From positions 9,338,035 through 9,402,034 of the forward strand of contig NC_081369.1 of the NCBI RefSeq assembly GCF_030684315.1: 64,000 bases of DNA, read 5' to 3'. The DNA comes from Stegostoma tigrinum (lineage: Eukaryota). Below the pieces are notes generated by a model. It had not been told where the DNA came from, ran no database searches, and worked only from the letters and a program-made list of their open reading frames with translations. A program made the position numbers and the translations under genes. Positions 37,633 to 47,500 of the stretch are shown here, piece after piece. Position 1 is the first letter of the stretch; each line of letters begins with the position of its first letter.

Positions 37633-40600
37633 GTACTTTGATTTTTGATTCACAGAACTGCTTTAATTCATTAAAGACTTTCGATGCAGCTCCTCCTTCC
37701 ATTAAATAATCTTAATTCATCTATCTGGTTAAGACCTTAACTCTCCTATCTTTATGCCGAATACGACAGTTATCTATGTTTTATTTTGTTTCTGACAGCT
37801 GCGGACCACACTTGTTTTAGGGTTACTCAAACGCCTAAAAGAGCAGCTGCGAACAGACGGGAAGACATTACCTTCTACTGTACATTCTCCATTTGTCAGC
37901 AAAGTTCAAAGCCAAATGTAATTTGGTGGAAGCAGGTTGGGAATGAACGTGTTCAGATTGAAGCCAGTGGTAGACAACAATTTGGATTTGAAAATGAAGC
38001 AACAGCGTTCCTTAGCTTGCTGCGCGTTGATATCCAAGATTCTGGACATTATCACTGCACGGTGAATTACCAAGGAATCGGTCAAAGAAGCGGAACCCCG
38101 TCCCAGCTATTTGTGCGTGGTAAGTGAGAGCGACACTGACTGAAATAATTTGAAATAACAAGATTTTTCCTGATCGCTGATTTCACCAATATTGGCGGTT
38201 AAATCGTGTCCAGTTATCATTTATACAGGAACCTACCCTTGATATTTCAGATCCGTTGAAAAAAAGTAAAATTAGATGATCAATATCACCGGTAGAAAAC
38301 TGAAGCTTTTATAAATATTAACAATTTACGCTGTAATTCTAAAGACAGCCTATACACTATGTGCTTTTTGCCGATATACAAAACTTCCGATGTACATAGG
38401 CAACAAGAAACCGCTTTGTCAGACTATTCGTCCACAATTCTTAGTCCCTGGTATGTTATTGAAGTCGTGTGACTGCCCGACAATTATTTTTTCTGAGATT
38501 GAAGATTCTAGAAATTAATTCTCACATTAATTTCACGTCATAATTTGAAAATCAGCATGAACTTATTTCATGAGTGAAGGAATCGATGCAAAAGAAACAC
38601 AGTTTGACAGATACAAGTAGGTTGAATCACTGACCTAGAATAAATAAAACAACGCAGAGAATCTGTAGCAATAACAAATTTGCTGGAAAAGCTCAGCAGG
38701 CCTGGCAGCATCTGTGGAGGACAAAACAGGGTTAACGTTTCGGGTCCGGTGACCCTTCCTCAGAACTTAAGGTTCAACTGATTCAATGTGTTTTGTCAAT
38801 TGAAATGCCTCGTTTTTGAAATCCGACTGATGCAATGATCTTGGGGTAATCGGCAATCTGCAACTTCACCGCCATTATGCACTTGAGCTTAAAAAAAACA
38901 CCAGGGCAGACGAGCACAATTTGCTTTGTTCCTTTCTTGTGCGCAAGCTCAATTTAATTAATTTATTCAAATATGCGACATAAGCATTGCTAAGCATTTT
39001 GTAGTTTTGTTCTGCCGAGGAAGGCCAGGTATTGGATTTGATAATTCAAGTAAAAATGGATAAAAGCCGCTGCCTGGAGAGCTATTTGTTTCATTAACTG
39101 AATGCTTGTGCATAAAATTAAGTTGAGAAGAAACTGCACTTCTGAGCATTGTAATTATAGGAAAGCATAGCGTCTGTAAATCAGCCTCAAATTTAACAAT
39201 TTCTGATTTGTTCCAGTAACTTGGCTTTGTTCAATCTCTGCTTGCAGTTGCTCCAGTCCCACTGAAAATTACGCCCAAGTTACATGAAGAAAATTCACTT
39301 GTGTCTTTGACCCTTCTGTGTGAAACAGCTGCATTTTATCCGGAGGATTTCACCCTCGCCTGGTATAAAAACGGCACGAAAACTACAGTCGGTATAAATA
39401 CGAGCAAGGTGCAGAACAGTGAGGGACTGTATGAAGTATCCAGTTCTTTGTTTGATCCTCATCCTCCCTCAAGTAATCTCAAGTATACCTGTGAAATATC
39501 TCACATCTCCCTCAAGACGCCTGCTGTTGTAACCCACAGAATTTCCACATTTGGCGGATTCCAAAAAGGCGAGTTAGTTGCTGTCAGTTTTGTTACGAAA
39601 TGCATCGTAGAATAGTGCAACGTGTGGGCGTAATCCGCAGTGGTTTCATGGAGATGTATTTAAATGTATTATACTAAGTTGACATCTCTGTTGTCAGAGC
39701 ATCAAAACTTATTTGGTATTCTTTTTCTTTGACTTTTGAAATAGTAATTATGTTCAGAATTGAGCTGATCTATCCATTTGTTTCTTCCCATCATTTTGTC
39801 CACGTTCACCTTCTTTGCCCAAGCTATGCCTACCTCTTTGTAGGTTACGTGGCACAATCCCTCTTCTGTACCTACACTGGTCCTAAACATCACTTTTTCC
39901 TCTGTTACATTGATGACTGCATTGCCATCTCCTTGTGCTCCCATGAGGAGCTCGAGCAGTTCATCCACTTCACCCACAGACTCCCACAGCTACCTAGAAT
40001 ACACCTCCTCCCACCCACCTTCCTGCAAAAATGCCATTGCCTCCTCCCAATTCCTTTGTCTCTGCCACATCTGCTCCGAGGATGAGGCATTCCACTCCCG
40101 TACATCTCTGATGTCCTCATTTTTCAAGGACCGCAACTTCCCTGCTCAATGGTTGAGAATGCCCTCGACGGTGTCTCCCGCATTTCCCACAACTCATCCC
40201 TCACACATCCTCCCTGCAAAAACAACCAAAACAGAATCCCCCTCATCCTCATGTACCACCCCACCAACCTCCTGATCCAATGCATCATCTTCCGACACTT
40301 CCGCCATCTGCAATCCGACCCCACCCTTAAAGACGTTTTTCCCACCCTCATCTGCTTTTTGGAGGGACCACTCTCTCCATGAATCCCTCGTCCGCTCCAC
40401 ACTCTCCTCCAGCGCTACCACACCGACACTTTTCCCTGCGACCACAGGAAGTGCTACACCTGCCCCTACACCTCCCCCTTCACCCTCATCTCAGGTCCCA
40501 AGAAGACTATCCACATCAAGCAGATGTTCACCTGCACATCTGCTAATGTGGTATACTGATCCACTGTTCCTGTTGTTGCCTCATCTACATCGGGGAAACC

Positions 40601-43600
40601 ACGCGGAGGCTTGGGGACCACTTTGCAGAACACCCATTCTCAGTTCGCACTAAACAACTGCACCTCCCAGTTGCGAATCTTTTCAATTTCCACTCCCGTT
40701 CCGCAGGTGACATGTCCATCCTGTGCCTCCTGCAGTGCCGCAACGATGCTACCTGAAGGTTGCAGGAACAGCGTCCTATATTTCACTTGGGAACCCTGCA
40801 GCCCAATGGTATCAATGTGGACTTCACAGGCTTCAAAATCTCCCTCCCCCACTGCATCCCCAAACCAGTCACTTTCTGGGTTACCCCAATCCAGAACTTG
40901 AAGTGGACAGTTGAGAAAATGCTTGTGATATCATTCCTCTAAATTTAAGAAAGCATAATTAGTAAGTAAGAAAGCTCAAGAACAACAGTATTTTGATTCA
41001 TGGGGAATTGACTTATCTCATATTCCTACCTTTCCGAAACAGTCCTTTGTGTTCCATAAATTGACAATCTATTCCAGAGATTGATTCAGAATTTGCCATG
41101 TTGGATCAAGAATTCACTTCGATATTTAACAGAAATAATCTTTGGCAGTTCAGCTTTTTCATTGTCCTTGAATAGCGCTGTGCAGTTGAAAATATCATCA
41201 CATTTTAAGCAAAGAACTAAAGTGACAATATTTTTAATTTAATGATCACATGCAAATAATGTCTTCTTTATCCTGCAGACAGTATCAACAATTCACTGGT
41301 CATCTGGTCTTCAGTTCGTTATGTGATTTTCTCGGCGCTTGTTGTAATTCTGTTCGTGTTTGGGACTGCAAAGTACTTGAGGATATCAGAAGTAAGGTCG
41401 ACTATCAAAGCCTGCTTTTCGCACAGGGCCTGGGTTAATTTGCCATTTCTGGAAAACAAGCAGGATACTTATTAGGGATAATTCGAATTGGTTGAAGACT
41501 GAAAAATGCAATCATTTTGTTCTTTTTTCCCCCGCAAACGTGGATTGCTCCAAAGCCACTTAAAAACACAAGAAGGTTCTTGGAAACATGAGTGAACCAT
41601 TCAGCCCCTTTGGGCCTGTTCTGCCATTCAAAGAGATCATGGCTGATGAATGGCTTAACTCTATATCCTTGTCCCTAAATACTTTGCTTAACAAAAATAA
41701 ATCGATCCCAGATTTAAAATTAAAATTAACTTCTATTTGTTGAAAAGTCTTGCAAACATGTGCATAGAAGAGCTTCCTCACATCTTTCTTGAATGATGTT
41801 GTTGCAAGTTTAAGAGTATGACCACCAGTTCTAGAATCCACAACCAGCGGGAGTAGGAGATGTTACTGACAAAGTGTGAAGAGGGTCTTCGGTCCGCCTC
41901 CTCCTCTCTCCCTATTTATTTCAGAACCCTCGCCCTATCCCCCTCTCTGATGAAGGGTCTAGGCCCGAAACATCAGCTTTTGTGCTCCTGAGATGCTGCT
42001 TGGCCTGCTGTGCTCATCCAGCTTCACACTTTGTTATTTGGCTTCTCCAGCATCTGCAGTTCCCATTATCACTGATACGAAATTACTGACACTCTCTTTT
42101 GCTATTAATGTCGTAAAGCCTTCAATTAGATCATCTCTCAACCTTCTAAATTGGAGAGAAAATAGTCTTAGTTTGTATAATCCCTCCATGTAATTAAATC
42201 CCTAAAGTCCACAATTATCATTCTGGTAATTGTACATCATACTCCTTCCAAGGTCAATGCACCTTTCCTGTGGTATGCTGCTCAGAACCGTTCACAGCTC
42301 ACCAAAATGTTTTCAAATGTAAACAATGCTCACGTGTGTTAATTTCCAAAGGCACATTTCAGTTTTCAACATGAGAAATGAAATTTATCACAATAAATAT
42401 GAAGTAGGTAATTCGATGCTTCTGTCAAGTAATGATTGCTCCTTGAAAGAATGGAGGATTAATAGCAGATTCTGATGTTGCAACCGTCTGATCTCTGCGA
42501 GCAACATAATCAAATGTATTCTGCCTCAACGGAACATTCACATCCTTTCTCTAATACTTTGATTCAGAAAAATGCGCTCATTTTCTGCATGGAAACTGAG
42601 TCAATATTTTCATCACTCAATGCAATTATATTTCATTGGTTTGCAGGTAAAGAAGAATGCACAAGGCAATCAGACTGCCATGTCAATGGGGTAAGTTCAT
42701 ATCATCATCATGCTTGGAGTTTGAAATGTTTGGATCAATGGCAATAATGGAAGAAATATACATTAATAATGACAGAACATTTTATATCTATTTATTGAAA
42801 GACTATTCATCTGGTATGTGTGTGTTTCAGAGCCAGGTTTGAAGCGCAATTTGTACAACTTGTATTACTGATGAAGGTTGGCAAGTGGATCTTCTTTAAA
42901 AAAAACCGTAATCATATCTTTGAGAATGTTGCAAGGTTGAGTCACGTTTTAGGGTTGAGAACAAATTTACTGTCTAAACCCATTGCATCTAACACTTAAC
43001 ATTATGTTTCAGCATGAATATGAGGAAGTTTGAATTGTTGCATTGAACACTGAGATTAACATTGTCTTCGTGCAGATATATCTATAATATGGATTCTGCA
43101 AGGGATGTCGAGTCTTGGTTAAATATGCTTAGTCCTTGATGTAGAAAATCTTCGAGACAATGAAAAGGACACTTATTGAAGTGTTGTTCTTGTCCTCACA
43201 GGAAGCCATGGCGGAGGTTTCCTGCAATAGACTTAGGCAAAAACAGGAGAACTCCTAGACATACGTTTGAAATAGAGAAAAACATGCCTATTGAGGTAGG
43301 GCGGAGTGGGAGAACACAAAATCAGGATAAAATTGTGATTCAAGATAATAAAATGTGAGGCTGGATGAACACAGCAGGCCAAGCAGCATCTCAGGAGCAC
43401 AAAAGCTAATAAAATGTGAGGCTGGATGAACACAGCAGGCCAAGCAGCATCTCAGGAGCACAAAAGCTACTTGGCCTGCTGTGTTCATCCAGCCTCACAT
43501 TTTATTATCTTGGATTCTCCAGCATCTGCAGTTCCCATTATCTCTAAAATTGTGATTCAGCCTGACAATGAAGGCATTTGCTTCTATGGACATTAGCCAA

Positions 43601-43856
43601 ATGTCATTTTGAAGCCGATTTTTGTGTCCTTCTGATTAGTGCTTTGCAGAAAGTTTATAAAAAAGGCCAATTAATAACATTTCCAAATAATATCTTTACA
43701 GCTCTCCATGTTGCTATCGGCAGTAAGATGACATACAGTCCTCTAAAGTTCTCTGTTTCTGCGAAGAAGGCACAGAGATTGCTTGAGCTGCAGACTGAAA
43801 AACAAAACAAAGTAACAGAAGATATCCATGCACAAGCAAGAAATAACAAGGCTTAA
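37578..43856 (+). CDS. Non-rearranging IgSF type I membrane receptor: leader-VJ-C1-TM-cytoplasmic tail (SIRP/B7-H6/tapasin/VJC1-like architecture); cytoplasmic exon usage unresolved
   Basis: Four phase-compatible exons (37578-37632, 37799-38119, 39248-39568, 41279-41391) join into one open frame of signal peptide, V, C1 and TM. Short candidate exons follow, then a terminal exon with two AATAAA signals. Confidence 0.88.
37799..38119 (+). CDS. Exon 2: Ig V-set domain with in-exon J-like G strand
   Basis: Acceptor ttttgtttctgacAG and donor G|GTaagt, 321 nt, phase 1-1. Motifs are RVTQTP, ITFYC, VIWWKQ, DIQDSGHYHC and SGTPSQLFVR. Confidence 0.95.
38672..38766 (-). mobile_element. Penelope-type terminal repeat (second family) with an intact minimal hammerhead motif, in intron 2
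   Basis: Minus strand GTT-CTGAGGA-A-GGGTC-ACCG-GACCC-GAAACGT-T-AAC. Confidence 0.8.
39248..39568 (+). CDS. Exon 3: Ig C1-set domain
   Basis: Acceptor tctctgcttgcAG, 321 nt. Motifs are LTLLCETAAFYPEDFTLAWYKNG, NSEGLYEVSSSL and YTCEISHISL. It ends at a non-canonical donor AAG|GCgagt in phase 1. N-glycosylation sequons NGT and NTS are present. Confidence 0.95.
39808..40863 (+). mobile_element. Penelope-like retroelement fragment (RT C-terminus and GIY-YIG endonuclease) in intron 3
   Basis: PSYAYLFVGYV..., YIDD, SSHP..CKNAI..SQFL....ICS, then FTCTSANVVY...C....YIGET. Frameshifted and internally deleted. Confidence 0.92.
41279..41391 (+). CDS. Exon 4: stalk and transmembrane helix with Arg (DSINNSLVIWSSVRYVIFSALVVILFVFGTAKYLRISE)
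   Basis: Acceptor tcttctttatcctgcAG. Phase-1 entry gives an uninterrupted hydrophobic segment followed by K/R. Donor GAA|GTaagg is phase 0. This frame is not in the ORF track. Confidence 0.88.
41575..42305 (-). mobile_element. Old CR1 3' fragment interrupted by a + strand Penelope pLTR (41890-42078)
   Basis: DSRTGGHTLKL....FKKDVRKLF in ORF 41560-41841. The insert carries ctgatgaagggtctaggcccgaaac...ccagcatctgcagttcccattatc. Confidence 0.85.
42647..42690 (+). CDS. Candidate 44-nt cytoplasmic exon (VKKNAQGNQTAMSM if entered in phase 0)
   Basis: Acceptor tttcattggtttgcAG and consensus donor GGG|GTaagt. Confidence 0.6.
43343..43544. mobile_element. Young Penelope pLTR-derived insertion (two tandem inverted fragments plus the 3' end) with a 15-bp TSD
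   Basis: TAAAATTGTGATTCA occurs at both 43328-43342 and 43545-43559. Inside are a ~60-bp tandem duplication and an inverted repeat. Confidence 0.92.
43702..43856 (+). CDS. Candidate terminal cytoplasmic exon with an ITIM-like motif (MTYSPL)
   Basis: Acceptor atatctttacAG. The phase-1 frame reads LHVAIGSKMTYSPLKFS...TEDIHAQARNNKA*. Poly(A) signals lie about 90-110 nt downstream. Confidence 0.55.
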
Positions 43857-43948
43857 ATATTTCAAGGCAAAAGATTATTCTTGGACTTGGACTGATCACA
43901 ATCGTTTGCACTTAGAGCTTCAGGCCTGCACAGTCTCACCTCTATGCG

Positions 43949-43970
43949 AATAAAGCATTACCGCAATAAA
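43949..43970 (+). terminator. Tandem polyadenylation signals
   Basis: AATAAA at 43949-43954 and 43965-43970, just after the candidate last exon. Confidence 0.55.
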
Positions 43971-44094
43971 GCAGATAGACATAGCGAGTACCTATCCTTT
44001 TAATGGCCAATTAATCCCTATTATTGGTTTTTAAGAACACCAACAACCTGCTTTGAAAGTATGTTTGAAAGACACTTTGCTTGAAGCAGAGTAA

Positions 44095-44560
44095 ATGAGA
44101 ATTGCAGGAGAATCCAAGATAACAAAGCATGAAGCTGGATGAACACAGCAGGCCCAGCAGCATCTCAGGAGCACAAAAGCTGGCATTTTGGGCCTAGACC
44201 CTTCATCAGAGAGGGGGATGGGGAGAGGGTTAGGGTTAGAGTTAAACCCTAATCCTATCGCCTGTCCCCGTCCCCCTCTCTGAAGAAGGGTCTAGGCCTG
44301 AAACGTCAGCTTTTGTGCTCCTAAGATGCTGCTGGGCCTGCTGTGTTCATCCAGCTTCACACTTTGTTATCTTGGATTCTCCAGCATCTGCAGTTCTCAT
44401 TATCTCTGATCACAATTTTAACCGCACTGTGAAGCCTCTTCCAGGGATGCCTAACCTGAAGACGTTACCTTCCTCTCTCTGGACCAACCTTAGGGAATCT
44501 CTCTCCAACTGCAACTCTCTTGGCCACCTCTCTTCTCCTCTATCCATCTTCAGAAGTTGC
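44095..44560 (+). mobile_element. Penelope-like element 5' end: inverted pLTR, pLTR and probable start of the ORF
   Basis: 44105-44226 is the reverse complement of 44262-44385. There are two hammerhead-like cores. It continues into MPNLKTLPSSLWTNLRESLSNCNS, which I recall as the N-terminal region of this family. Confidence 0.8.
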
Positions 44561-47500
44561 TTGAAGCAATTGGCTGCCTCTCAGAGCTTCTTGCTTGCTC
44601 TTATTGCATTTGTCTAATCAGAATCTAGCTGCTTGCTGTCTGCATCCATGCCTTGCGTTGATTTGTACTGTGCTTGCAGAGCCACACAGCTACCTTGCAA
44701 GTGAATGCTTCATAGTCAATGAGGTACGCAACCTGTAATACGCAATGTGTGACATGAGTGTCGCAGCTGCGACTTGTGTCAGCAGTTTATGCACCAAACA
44801 CACATCATGTGTAGCCAACAGGCAGCCATGTCTCAAAGTCAAAGGGAAAGAGACGGGTGCGACATCCTTGGAGGTACCTATCAATTACAGTGACCCAGGA
44901 GAGTAATGAACAGCTGTCTCCCATCCCAGTCCAACCATCTGCGGAAGGTCAGGCGTTTGGCCAGGGTGGTGTTGGTCAGGGTCTGCAATCCAGGGACTGG
45001 GTTATGGTCAGTCCAGTGCCTCCATAGCACTTAGGACAGTGGTAAGTGCAAAGGACAGAAGGGAAGGCAGTGATATGAGAGGAGGACTTAATCCCCAGTC
45101 AGGATCACACTGGCATTTAGGGGTGAGAGGTGGGGAGTGAGAGACGGGTCTATGACCACTCCTGGCAAGGTCACCTCATATGGCAATGGTGTGGTGATGA
45201 TCGTAATTGGCACAAGCAGACTCGAGAAGATGGGCTGCTTGTGGACCTCTGCAGGTGTAAAGCCTATGGGGTTCATGAGATGGGCAAGCAGTGAGAGAAT
45301 GCAGACGTTCAGAGGCTCACAAACGTTCAAATGGAATCTAGAAGCCATTGGCCTAGATTGATCATTGACAGCTTCCATCCTAGTGGAATTTTAATGTGTG
45401 CAATGTGAAGCCAAATGGCAGAAAATTATACTTGGATGAAGTTCGTAAGTTTATTGAACTGTGAAGGAAGGGGCTGCAGGACTCACCAGTTTGAGGCTTT
45501 TTAATTGGAAACTATATTACTTGCAGACCAATGAATGTTACAAGGCAGAGATTTGCAAACTCCTTGATCCTGGGCAATAGTCATGCACTGATCATACGTG
45601 TGAACTGTATGTCACTGTCTTGGATATGAATGATTAGCTTATTTATGCCAGCACCTTTGCACTCAGGTGCGAGGGTGTTAATATCGTAACATTTCACCTC
45701 GGGAGACGACGGTATCAGCAGAACCCTGTGCTTAATTCTCAACTCTTCATTTTGTCTCAATAGTTTCCCTTTGTCTTTCTGCTCCTCCGACAGCTTGTCT
45801 GTGCTGTCCTTGGTAACATAATTGGGTGGAGCGTACCTGCTTGGCAATGGATTCCATTGACAATGACGATTTGGGTCAGGCAATCCTGAGAGCATTTATA
45901 TCTGATATGAATACCATTTCCATTGTATTGTTTGTACCTTGAGTAACTCAGTAGCACTGTAACAATCATATAAATTGGAAAAATTGTTCATGGCATTTCA
46001 GTTACACATCTAAAAGGCACATATCGTTGAAACGTCAACATTGATGTTAGTCATTTTTGAATCTTACGTCCCTGCTCATAGTTTTAATGAATAGTGAACT
46101 TCAATTTCGTGAAGCATTTGCATGTCCCAAAAGGCTTGAAACCATCTGATGGTATTTAACACATCCACTCACTTGCCACTTCGTGATGTGTTGCAACAAT
46201 TTCGTCATAGCAAATTTTTATTCGCAACAATTAGATCATTCTGTCTCTGATATTCTTCACTGAATTACCATATCTATGTAGGTTTGTAAGTTTCTTCTGT
46301 AGGTCTTTATGTGACCGAGTACGCTGCCTCATTCATGATTGGCAGAGTCTATGTGAACTCTCGAATAACGATAACATAATTAGCAAAAACATCTGGAAAA
46401 TAAATAATTGTCAAAGCTCAGTGGCAATAAAAATACAGTTGGTTGAATGCTGTCATAAGATAATTGATGTTTCCTTACATATATTCATAACATTTTCCAA
46501 CTTCTTATTTGATTCTCTGAGATCCATTCAAGCTCATTCTCATACAACTAAGGCCACTAATTTTGGCCTTTATCGTACTGAATATCTTCTCCAGCATCAA
46601 GTTTCCTCTGTTGCTGAACCATCATCTGTGATTTAATTCACCTGTGCTCAACGATTCCAGTACACACATAGCTGAACTCCCATATTTTATCTTCTGTAAA
46701 CTGCAGCTAAACCTTTGTTTTTAATGTTTTAACAAATATGGGAGGTATGCTGCTAGATATTTTGGCTCCCAGTCAAGTGTAATATTAATTTTACAATTCC
46801 TATCATCGTTAAAAACTGCCATTTAATTGCCTCTCCCCATCTCTCTAATTGCTCTACCACTGGCAGCTATCCAAAAATAGTCTCAGCATCTAAGTTATGG
46901 AAACATCCTTACATCTCTCCACTCTTATCATTGCGTTAATGCGTAAATGCTTTTTTAAAGGTATCCATTTCAACGAGTGTTTGGCAGTGTAACCTTACAC
47001 ACCCTGATTTGTTCAATCAATGCTTCGTTTTGTGTTCATTTGATCTGTTTTGGGAGGCTTAAACATAGGTTTGTCTTCAGATATGCTTTCTTTCCACAGC
47101 TCTGAAAGGTCAACCGTGTGAAACCTGAATGGCTCACAAAATAAACAACCTCTTCAAAGAGAGGCACGTGTGCTTACCGCTAAACTACTGCTGACCATGT
47201 ATTCTCCTTATGGGTAACAGAAGCCCATTCTTAAGGTAATTTGGTCAACCAATTGAATTTGCGACAGCACAAGTTCGCTGTAAAGTGTGGACATTTAATT
47301 TACTGACACCATTATTTTTCGATTATGAAAATTTATTCTTATTTTGTCAATATAACCTCTGGAGTTAAAGAGTCAACCATTATTAAAGTTATGAACTTTA
47401 GTGTATATCCGCACTGTAAACAGTGAAAATACAGCAAAGAAAAAACACTTGTACTCCCAACCATTACTTCTGACTAATCTACCTCAACTGTTCGAATAAT

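Noticed and set aside
38058-38100. CACGGTG heptamer-like sequence overlapping the second V cysteine codon
   Set aside because: There is no nonamer at 12 or 23 nt, and the frame continues into the J-like strand and a splice donor, so this is not a rearranging V segment.
44700-45390. GC-richer segment possibly derived from a Harbinger/Myb-SANT transposon
   Set aside because: Only a general impression; I could not verify any diagnostic motif.
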